A stretch of DNA of 64,000 nt from Phaeosaccion multiseriatum (taxonomy: Eukaryota > Protista > Ochrophyta, other classes), in contig OZ218963.1 of assembly GCA_965112735.1 (NCBI GenBank), positions 1,984,001 through 2,048,000 on the forward strand, read 5' to 3'. The notes beneath the pieces were generated by a model. It worked only from the letters and a program-made list of their open reading frames with translations. It was not told the DNA's origin and searched no databases. A program made the position numbers and the translations under genes. Position 1 is the first letter of the stretch; each line of letters begins with the position of its first letter. Shown in pieces: positions 33,603 to 43,391 of the stretch.

Positions 33603-36600
33603 GCAACGATGATTTAGCTCCCGTTGAGTGAGTGATGAAAGATGGAGCCCGAAACGGACGCTGCATGTCAAACAAAGGATCCACACGGCAACATGGCCTT
33701 TTTGGCTTGGTTTCTCCCTTCAGGCGGTACATACTCTTCGCACACATACACACGCACGCACGCACCCACCTCGTCGTGGCACAGGCGACACGTGAAGAGC
33801 TTTCCACAGCAGGCGGCGCGAAGCTTGCACGCCCTCTGATAGTGGGGGCATCCCAAAACCATCTCCCCCTGTTGCTGCTGCTCGTCCTCCCCCGCAGCAG
33901 CATCAGCGCCACTCCGTCCCGAAAGCGCAACAATGGTTCTGTACGTTGGCGCCAGCTCAGCGGCAGTGAAGCACGCGTCATCAGCGGGATTGTGAGCAGC
34001 CGAATCTTCCACATCTGCCTGCTGCTTGCGATACCACCGCTTCGGAGCCAGCAGCTTCTCCTTCTTCGCACCTCCTCCTCCCCTCCCCCTTGCCTGCCCC
34101 ACTGGCAGTCCATTGGCGGACTCCGTCCTCCATGCGTCGCCCGCCCCCCTAACCTCCCCTTCACCGCTTCGCGTGGCTTGACCTTGGGCTGAGCCTAAGC
34201 ATTCCGCAGCTCCTCCAGGGCCTTGTATCTCTTCCCCTTCGCCCCCTGGTGCTGATACTCCATCTAACCCCCCCCTTCCCGTCCCCCTGCTGCTCAGCAT
34301 CGCTCCTCCCGCACGTACAGATATGTCTTCTCCTTCGAGTTCAGAATGTAATGCAGACAAGGGGGGGGCTTGCCCTCCGCCGGAAGATATGTCCTTCTGT
34401 TCTTCATGTGGCTTCTGCTGCTTCTGTTGCTCGTCTTGGTCCGTCCTGGCGCGTTTACTCTAACCGAGGGAGAAACCAAAACCATGGCAAGTGAGAAATA
34501 AAGCAGAACACTTGGATCTCTTCCCGATCGGCCTTCGCACCGTTCCACACAGAAAACCCCCTCCAAAAGAGACATCACACACACTTTCGCATGGGAACTG
34601 AACCCCCTATCCCCCACTCCAAGGACTCACTGTAAGGACTCACTGTGGTACTCACCCCTTGGAACATTTCCGTCCTCAGTGCCTGTACAAGAGCGCTCTT
34701 CTTGGGCCCGTCCAGGGTGCGCTCCCTGCCGATGCGCTTCACGGTTTCCGTGAACTCCTTCTCGCTCAGCGGCGTGGTCGCCGGACAGCGTCCAACGTAC
34801 GCGCACACAGCACACGCCCCTACACGGACGACTGCGCCAACCGCAACAGCCGCTGCCACTGCTGCTAAATTTTCGGCTCTCTCCCTTGTCGCATCCTCCG
34901 CCTTTGTCTCCTTTGTCTCTGCCTTCGTCTGCCCAGCTCCATTCTTCGCTGGAGCCGCCACCGCCGCTGCTGCTGATGATGGTGGCGCTGATGCTACCGA
35001 TGTCGAAGTGCCCCCTCCCTCAACTCCGCCCCCCTCCACTGTTCCTACCGGCACTGCTGGTGCGGCTCCGGGTGCAGCCGTAGCGATGCGTGTCTCTCTT
35101 CCCTCCAGCAGCCGCAAGCTACCGAAATCTCGCATTATGCTGCACGCGCCCCCCTCCCCTTCGGATTGCTGCTGCCCTCCTGTGAGGGGTCGCTTTCTGC
35201 CAGTCGCTTTTGAGCTTGTAGTACCACTGCGACCCGCTCCTTCACCCTCAGAAGGGGCCCCTGGCCATTGGAATTCACCAGAATCCAACCACTTCTCGAA
35301 ATACGTGTCCTGACACCGACGGAAGCAAACGAGCAAGCAAAGTGAACAATAGCACGCACGACAAGGCAAAGATCATCAAAGGAGAGAGGGGCTGAAGTCG
35401 TCACACCGTTGGACTTTCACTGCTGCAGTCTGTCCCTTTTGCCAGCAAGTACACACCCTTCCCGACTTCAGCATGGTTTACAGTCTCCATAGCCTGAAGA
35501 CTTCTGTCTCCTTCGCCACTGCCAAACCCTCATTCCCCTTCCTCTCTTACCTCTCCTCCTACCCATCTTCCTTCCATCCTCCTCCCCCGTCCCTCACCCC
35601 CTACCTTCCCGCCCTACCCTCACTTCTCACCTTGACCGCAGTCCGCATGTGACCCAACATATGCCCAACTTCCTCCGGCGGAAGGTTCTTCACCATCATG
35701 CCCAGGATGGCCTGCATGAGCTCCGAGGGCCGCGTGCCCATGATACGACCCACCAGTGCCGCCATCTCCTCAGCGCTGAAGAAGCGCTCGATCAGAGGCA
35801 AGGCACCCTGGCCACGCCGCCGTACAACCATAGACGATGAGGTAGAGGGAGAAGCAACAAGAAAGAGAGCAACCGGTTAGGATGTGGGACGGAGAGTACG
35901 CTGTCTGCATGGGCTTGGAGCCTGCCCCTTCTCCCCCCCCCCCTCTGTGGAAAGACAATGAAAGAGAGAAGTGTAAATTTCTTTTCCTCCGCTCCTTGGG
36001 TAGATCAAGCCGAGCCCTCCCCCTACTCCCTCCTTTCCTTTCCCTGCCTATTGGCTCACCGTCTCTTCCTTCTCGAGGTGCACAAGGAGGTGGCGACACG
36101 TGTCCTGGGTCATGCCAGCGAGCTTTGCGAGAAGTTGCCTGCGATGCTCCAAGTGTTGGTTCATCCGATTGAACCTGACACCGAGCACGGAGGATAGAGG
36201 AGGAGGAGGAGGAGGAGGAGGAGGAGGAGGAGGAGAAGAAGAAGAAGAAGAAGATGAAGAAGAAGGAGGAGGAGAAGGAGGGGAGGAGGAGGAGGAAGAA
36301 GACAGATGAGCGGTCCGTTCTCTCCACTATCATGCAAGGCCCTGGGGTGGGTCGAGAGAGGGGATCCCGGGCAATTGCACTGGCGCTAGCACTAGCACCA
36401 GCGCTGTAGACTTACCTGAGATCCTCCAGCAATGCGCTCATGCCCTCAAAGAGTTTTTGCTCCTGCGAATGGTCCTCAGCGTACTCCGCCTCGTCCACGA
36501 GCTCGTCAATGGGTACTTGGTCGATGCTCATCGTGTCTGCCATCCCCTCCCCCGCCCCCTCTTCTCCCTCCCCATCATCACCACCATCGCCGCCGCTGTT

Positions 36601-37581
36601 GTCTTCGTTTCGGGTATCACCACCCTCCTCCCCTGCTACGCGATCAGCAGCAGCAGCAGTAGCAGCAGCAGACGCCCCCTCGTCTCTATTTGGAATAGAC
36701 TCCTTCGCTTCACTCCGTGTCGCCGTGTCAGACCCTTGTACAACTCTCCCTCTTCGCTCTACTCTTTCCTTGCCCCCTCCTTCCGCGGAACCGATGAGCG
36801 TTTGAGGCGGCGACGGCTGCGGCTGGGGTGGCTTCGCTCCCTGCTTCGAATTGCCCGGTAACGGTCTCTTCTTCCCCTTATCGGCCGTCGTCCTCGTCTT
36901 GGCTTTCTCGTTGAGTGCTGGCCAGATGATCTCGTCCTCGGCAGTGGAATGCGCCTGGACAGGGCAAGGGTAAAGGTATAGAAAAAGGAAAAAGAAAAAG
37001 GAGATGTGTGTGTTGAAAGGGTGGAGAGATTTTGTTACAGTTATTTTTGGGGCATCAAACCCTCGGGGGAAAGACAGACTATTCCAGCCATGTGCGTCCG
37101 TCGCAGGCGAGCAAGGTGGATCCAAGGGGAGAGGATCACTAAACGCACCTGGAACGCGGCCCAGAGGAGCTTGAACTGACTCTTCATTTGCAGTTCCAGA
37201 TTGATATGCTCCTCCGGAAGAGGCCAATCGCCGGTCTGCGGCATTCCGTCGCCTCCACCCTCACCACCACCTGCTGCTCCTGCTGCCTCCCCTGGCCCTG
37301 CCCCGGCATGGCGCCCCATACTGACAGCTTGTCGCATGAGCTCGTGTACATTTCGACTGAGGGCTCTCAGCTCCCCTCGGAGGCACTCGTGGAAATGAAC
37401 AATTTCAATGAGGGGGCAGTGCTCAAAGCGAGACAGAGCAGAGCTGTAGAGGGGTGCACATCAAATCGGAGGATTGGCGGGGACGAAGAGTCAGGGGGGA
37501 CATTCAACAGGGTCGTTTTCCACTAAGACTCGAGACTCACTTGGACCCGAGCTTCTCCTCCGGCTGCACTATGCCAGCCAT
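31855..37581 (-). CDS. BRUTUS/HRZ-like E3 ubiquitin ligase: hemerythrin + CHY + CTCHY + RING-H2 + zinc ribbon
   Basis: Exons (minus): 37581-37541, 37443-37149, 36954-36416, 36174-36060, 35807-35631, 35309-34656, 34459-33770, 33384-32948, 32521-32380, 32151-31855 (a possible donor at 31923 makes the 3' end uncertain). Motifs: PLIEIVHFHECLRGEL, AHSTAEDEIIWPAL, DHSQEQ, VHLEKEE (hemerythrin); DTYFEKWL; GCPHYQRACKLRAACCGKLFTCRLCHDE (CHY); YYCSICKLFDD, YHCPYCNVCRVG (CTCHY); CPIC...CGHMMHLQC...CPIC (RING-H2); CHDC...HRCGECGSYNT. Confidence 0.9.
33494..33602. repeat. (CAA)n microsatellite, inverted relative to (TTG)n at 33387-33412
   Basis: Both tracts lie in intron 33385-33769 of the BTS-like gene. 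Confidence 0.9.
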
Positions 37582-37791
37582 GCCGAACCGCGCGTCCACA
37601 CTGTTTAAAGGTTTAAAGGTTTTTTTCCTTTCTCTTTTTGTGCTCGATTCTATCCTCCCCCCACAGCACTGGAAACTGAAACTTATTTATTCCCTTTTTC
37701 CCCTCTCCCCCTCCTTCCCCCTTTTTTCTCTTTCTCTTTCTCAGTGCTTGCAGTGGCTACTGCTGCTGGGAAGCCGCTGCGAGGGCGCCGC
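37582..37791. promoter_or_regulatory. Putative bidirectional promoter, 210 bp between the BTS-like ATG (-) and the EHD-like ATG (+)
   Basis: Inferred ATGs at 37581 (-) and 37792 (+). The spacer is pyrimidine-rich on + with a TTTAAAGGTTTAAAGG tandem motif. Confidence 0.5.
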
Positions 37792-40700
37792 ATGATGGAG
37801 AGCTTGTGGGGAAGGTGCAGTCGAGTGTCGCTCTGGGTACTTGTGGTGGTGGCACCATCCTCCTGTAACTTGGGCAGCTGCAACAGTGCAGGGAGCAGCT
37901 TCGGCGGGGGCGGTGCCTTTTCAGCTGCAGCAGCAGCGGCAAGAGCAGCAGCAGTAGCAAGAAGAGGCGGCGGTGGTGGTGGAGATGGCGGACAATCTCC
38001 TCCTCCTCCCCCTCCTCCTGCTTCGGGAGGGTTAGGGTCGTCGCCGGCACAGTATGAGAGAGATGGTGAGCTAATCAGCATGGAAAAGGGCGTCTCTTGA
38101 GTGCGGGTGTAGTTGTGCTGGATGTGGGGAAGGTCTTAGGTTTCCATCCTCGTCTGCATCCAGGGCTGGGAGAGATCATAGGGCGCAAAAGTGGATCTAT
38201 TGATTGACCTTCTCGGACAGCACTAAGGCGTCGACTGGCGCCGCTGCAGTTCTTGGTTGTGGTGGAGCGTATGTGCTGGTCCTGTCCTTCGTGCTCTCAA
38301 CGCTGCTTCTCCTCACTCACTGGCCCTCGTCGATGCCCTCACGCGCGTGCCTTGCTTCCTGCTCGCTCGTCCAAACTTCCTTCCGCTTTGACACGTGTCA
38401 TCGACGTGGCGGGCTCAGGGACGACAAGTTGGCAGCGGCAGCAGCAAGGGCAGCCCCAGGCACCGCAAGGACACGAGTACCATCAGCAGGACAAGGAGCA
38501 TCAAGGGGAAACTAACGGCAGAAGGGGTTGGGGTTTCGGGGGCAGTGGGCCGGCCAAGTGGGACACAGCAGCCAACTTTGAGCAACGGGGTGACGTAGAG
38601 CACGGGTACTCTCCACCCCCACCGCCACCACCACCATCAGGACGGCGGGACGGCGACTCTTCTTCCGAATGCGATAACCAGTCAGCAGCCGACGCACAAT
38701 GGCACAACAGGAACAGCAACAGAGATGATGGTGACTACAACGGCAACAGTGGCAGCAATCAATGGGGTAAGCGTCCGCCCCAGCCACCGCCAGAGCCGCG
38801 CTACAGTCAGCAACAGCAGCAGCAGCAGGCAAGGCAATGGGAGTGGGAGGGCGCAAACTTTATGCAGCAACAGCAGCATCAGCCGCCACCAAAAGGGTGG
38901 GAAGGCTTCGGCAGTGGAGCAGGGGCCGGGGCAGGGGCGGGGGAAGGGGGGAGGGTGGCGCACCAGCAGGCGACGCACATGTGCCACAGTACGGTGCAGT
39001 AGGGGGCGGCCTCGGGACTGCTGCGTCTGTGAGGAATCAGCAGCAGCAGCAGCAGCAGCCAGTAGGAGACCTCCCCCCACCCGGGGGGGATCTCCCAGGG
39101 CTGCCTGCAGGGGCCAGTGTGGGAGCGGTGACACCGGAGATTACGTTGAGGCAGTACCGGTCGGTGAGTTGGTGGGTGGGTGGGCGGAGTGGGGCAGTGG
39201 GTAGGTGCGTGAGTGGGTGCCTCGCAGAGTTATTAAGCGAAGTCAAAAGGGTTCTTTCGAATGAAGAAGGAAGAGCTTGGGAACGGAAGTTGCTCTTGTT
39301 CAAAGCTGTGATGGCTTTTTGTGTGTACCTTGCCATGTGCTTTGGTTGGTCCTGCGCGAAAGCTTGTGTACAAATCCAAAAAGTCTCTTAATCCCCCCCC
39401 CCCATATTCCGAATTCCTCATCTACCCCATGCTGAAAATCGAATCGAACTCACATAGGGAGGAGCGGCGACAGCCAGCGGGGCTCCCGGAGTGGCCGGAG
39501 CGGCCGGAGTCCCTGATGTAGAGGCTCAAGTAGCGCAGATGCGGAACCTTGACAAGGAACTGGTGCGTGCCGTTAAGAACGAGTTTCGATGGAGGACAGT
39601 GCTTGCTCTACCGCACGACCTTCTCAACTTCTTTTCCAAAGGCTATACTGGACCTGAGGCTTCACATGGGGGTCAGTCTGTTGGCTCTCTTTCCATGTCT
39701 CCCTCTCTTTCTCCTCTCTCTCTCCCTATCTCTCTCTGTCTCGCTTCCTCTCTGGTGTTCGAGAGTGGAGGGCAGAGAAGGCAGGCCCCTTACGTAATAT
39801 GCCCCTTATGTTGGCAACACCGCACCCATCCTCACCGCTCTGCGTCAATATGCACCATCTCTGTTCGTTCTTGGGGGGGGGTTGGCTCTTTTCTGTATGT
39901 GAACCATCAATCTACTGTACGGAGCCGTACTCTCTCAAACACGGGGACTGACTGAATTCCTTCCTCCTTCCTCGGACTGCTTTTGCTCCCGTTGGGAACC
40001 GAATCAGGTGTGTGAGGGTCTGAAAAAGGCCTACCGGAAGAAAATACTCCCTTTGGAAGAATCCAGCAAGTTTCAGCTGTTCAACTCACCTCCTCTCAAT
40101 CCCGCGGACTTTGAGGCCAAACCAATGGTTCTCATTGTGGGGCAGTACAGCGTGGGCAAGACGAGTTTCATCCGTTCTCTGCTTCAGAAGGACTTTCCGG
40201 GGCAGCGGGTTGGGCCAGAGCCCACGACCGACCGTTTCGTGGCTGTGAGCTACGGCGAGGATGAGGTGGGTTATGTGAGGAGAAGGCGACAGGATGGCAG
40301 GAGAAGGAAGGAGGAGAGACCAAGGACAAAGGAAGAGAGGAAGGAAGGAGGGGCACACACACACACGACAGCCACACTGGTATACAAACGTTTCCAGCCC
40401 CATTACCTCACTTGACTTTGCCTCTTGTTTTCGTTGGATCCATCGGTCAACGCCATGTGCCAAATGCATCATTCCGCAGGGGGTGATGCCGGGCCATGCG
40501 CTCGCAATGCAGCAAGACATGCCCTTCCGAAGCTTGCAGCAATTTGGAAACAACTTTCTCACCAAATTTGAGGGGTCGATCGTCAACGCACCCATTCTCA
40601 GAAATATTACTCTAGTGGACACCCCAGGTTGGTGAAAGAAAAGATTCGATGCATGCTGAGAGCGGGGGGGCGCTGGAGGAGAACGGGGAGAGACTAATGC

Positions 40701-42607
40701 GAGAGTTGCCGATATTGGTCCTCTTCTCTTTGTAATCTTGAATGACTGACTCTCCGCTGCTATTGCTACTTCTCTTGGCTGCTGCTGTATCACTTCACTG
40801 TTTCGCGCTGCTACTGCTGCTGCGGTGGCCGCATTGTCGAGAGCAGGAGTCCTGTCGGGCGAGAAGCAGCGCATCGGCAGAGACTACGACTTTAGCTCTG
40901 TGATAAGCTGGTTCGCCGAGCGAGCCGACCTCATCATCGTCATGTTCGATGCCCACAAGCTCGACATTAGCGACGAGCTCAAGATGGTTATCGACACGCT
41001 CAAGCCGCATCACGACAAAATGAGAGTGCTTCTCAACAAGGTGAGGAAGGAGTGGGTCCTTTGTGCCCGTCTGTCCGTCTGTCCGTCTGTCCATCCTCAA
41101 ACAGTGGGAGAGCTCAGTCGTGAGGTTTGTACGAGGGTTTGAGTTTTCAGTTTGAGATGCGTCGATCTGAGAGGGCAGGCGGTAGTTCAGGCTGTATGTC
41201 CCTTTCGGTGTTTTTGAGGCCCTTCCCCCCCTCACACTCCTCTTGGGAGAAAGCTGTCATAGAGCTTAGTGTCAACATGAACGGGCCACTGTTTCAACTC
41301 TGCTTCAAGGGACAAAAAGTTTTGTCTCCGAAGTCCCATCCTCACGCACGCGTGCTCTCTATCCTCCCCTCTCTCCCTCCCTCCCTCCCTCCCTCCCTCC
41401 CCAGGCGGACACCATCGATACGCAGCAGCTGATGCGTGTGTACGGAGCGTTGATGTGGTCACTCGGGAAGGTGATGCAGACGCCGGAGGTGTGTCGGGTC
41501 TACATTGGCTCCTTCTGGGAAGCGCCCCTCTCCAACGCCGAGAACAGACTACTCTTAGAGGTAAGTAAACATTAAAAGAGAGTGACGTGTGTGTGTTTCC
41601 AGCCCTTGATTGTTCGCCGTGTGCGGGACAGGATTAGAGTCTTGTGTAGATGGTTGACTGCAAGGTTTGTTTGCTCTCTCTCTCACACACACACACGACT
41701 ACGTAATTCTTAGGTTGATCCATAAGTCTCTATAATTGTCTCTGCGGCAGTGGCGGCAGGAACGATGAAGCAGCAGCGCCTCTCTCATGAAAAGGAGGGG
41801 GGGAGGGGAGGGGGGTTGTGGGGACTCCGAAATGTGCTCACCTTACCGTACTCATCCACTCTGAGCGTGTTTTTGACGCCCACCTTAACCCCCCCCCCCG
41901 CCTCCTCTTGTCGCGCGCGATCACACCCACTTCCAACACTTCATGTATACACTCTCCTCCCCATCAGCGCGAGAAGGGCGACTTACTGGAAGAGCTGATG
42001 CGCCTTCCCGAGAACGCAGTCATCCGGAGGATCAACGAGCTTGTAAAGAGGGCCCGAACGGTCAAGGTACACGCCTACATCATCCACTACCTCCGCAAGC
42101 AGATGCCTTACATGATGGGCAAGAGTGAGAAGCAGGCCAAGCTCGTCTCGAGGCTAGATCAAGAGTTTCTGGCGTGTGCCCGGCGCTACGGCCTCCCCCT
42201 CGGGGACTTCCCCAAAGTGGACAAGTTTCGGCGGAGCCTGAGGGAGGTGAAGGACATAAGCAAGTTCCAAAAGCTGGACAAGGGGTGAGTTAAATTGATA
42301 GATGGGTATGAGGTTCGCTCTGAAAGCGTCGAGCGTCGTTTTATTGGCGGGCAAGAAGTGAGTGCCGCCCTCTGACCCTCTCTTTGTCGCGTGTTCCCTC
42401 TCATCTCGTTCTGCCTTTCTCCGCTGCATCCCTTGCGCCCCCCTCCCCCACCACCACCCACCCACCCCTCCCTTCGTCCAACCCACAACACACAACGCAT
42501 GACTCTCGGGCCAATGATGAACCGAAACCAACAGCTTGGTGCACGAGATGGACAAAGTGTTTAGTATAGACATCCCTCGGCTTATGGAAAAGGCCCAGCA
42601 GAACTGA
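37792..42607 (+). CDS. EHD-family dynamin-like ATPase lacking the EH domain, with a hydrophobic N-terminus and a long Q/G/P-rich extension
   Basis: Exons 37792-38065, 38419-39163 (apparent 1-nt frameshift near 38950), 39458-39679, 40008-40265, 40480-40627, 40847-41040, 41405-41560, 41968-42284, 42535-42607 (TGA). Motifs: KKILPLEE, KPMVLIVGQYSVGKTSFI (P-loop), GPEPTTDRF, DTPGVLSGEKQ, FDAHKLDISDE, LNKAD, LMRVYGALMWSLGKV, VYIGSFW, KRARTVKVHAYII. The core is secure; the 5' exons are less so. Confidence 0.88.
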
Positions 42608-42646
42608 GCTAAGGTGGGTGTCTCCCCTTCTCTTCCTTCATTTTAA

Positions 42647-42895
42647 CACTCGATTTACGTAAGAATCGCCCAAATCGCCCGTTTTTTGGGGGTCGGGCGC
42701 CAAGGGGGAGTGCTCTTGCAGAAACGCTGACAAGTAGGGGAAGGGAAAAGGCGAGGAAATCCGAAAGACTATGCATCGATAGGCATCTAAAGAGCTACAC
42801 GAAGAGCTATAGCGCTTCTCCCAGCGTCATTTTGCGGAGTTCGTGCAAAAAAATTATTGGGGACGATTTGGGCGATTCTTAACGCAAATCGAGTG
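42647..42895. mobile_element. piggyBac-type MITE (249 bp) with TTAA target-site duplication
   Basis: TTAA(42643-46) CACTCGATTTACGTAAGAATCGCCCAAATCG ... CGATTTGGGCGATTCTTAACGCAAATCGAGTG TTAA(42896-99). TIR about 31 bp with 1 mismatch and 1 indel; non-coding interior. Confidence 0.85.
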
Positions 42896-42932
42896 TTAAA
42901 ATTAATTGCTTCCTTTCTTTCTCACTCTTCTT

Positions 42933-43062
42933 TCAACCCTTGGCGTGCTACCTGCTACCGACCGGCCGGCCGGCCAACCATCAGCTGCCACCGCCGGCTG
43001 GCGTGCTACCCCCTACCGGCCGGCCGCCAGTAGCGTGCTACCGGGTCCGGATACCGGGTCGA
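42933..43062. mobile_element. Short element of the TCGA-CCC...GGG-TCGA family (degenerate copy)
   Basis: TCAA-CCCTTGGCGTGCTACCTGCTACCG ... CCGGG-TCGA; internal GCGTGCTACC x3 and CCGGC repeats. The left end resembles the reverse complement of 49912-49946. Confidence 0.55.
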
Positions 43063-43391
43063 GGGCTTTGATTATTATTCCATGATTTACTTTTGGTACG
43101 TTATTTGCCGAAAAATTACGTAAGGAAAGGTAAGAGTTTTGAGACGGACCACCCTCCCCTGGGCCAAACCCTTCTTCTCTCGTCCTCCTCTTTCACCACC
43201 ACTCCTAACCCTCCCTTCTTCCTCGTCTTCGCTGTCGACGTCGCCGGTGGCTGGCTGCGCACGCTGCTGCTGGGGCTAGGAGCGAAGCAATCAGCATCAC
43301 GAACAGACGAAAAATTGATTGAAAGAAGGTAGAGGGAGGGTTGCTTCCCTCTTAAACCCTCAGCCAAGCCTGGCAGGGGAGGCGTGTCGCC

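Noticed and set aside
37683-38081. 132-aa minus-strand ORF as first exon of the BTS-like gene
   Set aside because: It ends in a stop with no usable donor and is antisense to the EHD first exon. The ATG at 37581 splices in frame into the hemerythrin.
39668-39681. Suspected second frameshift at the GTCAGT donor of EHD exon 3
   Set aside because: The nearby donor TCT|GTTGGC keeps the frame and gives QSVCEGLKK, matching the EHD N-terminal motif.
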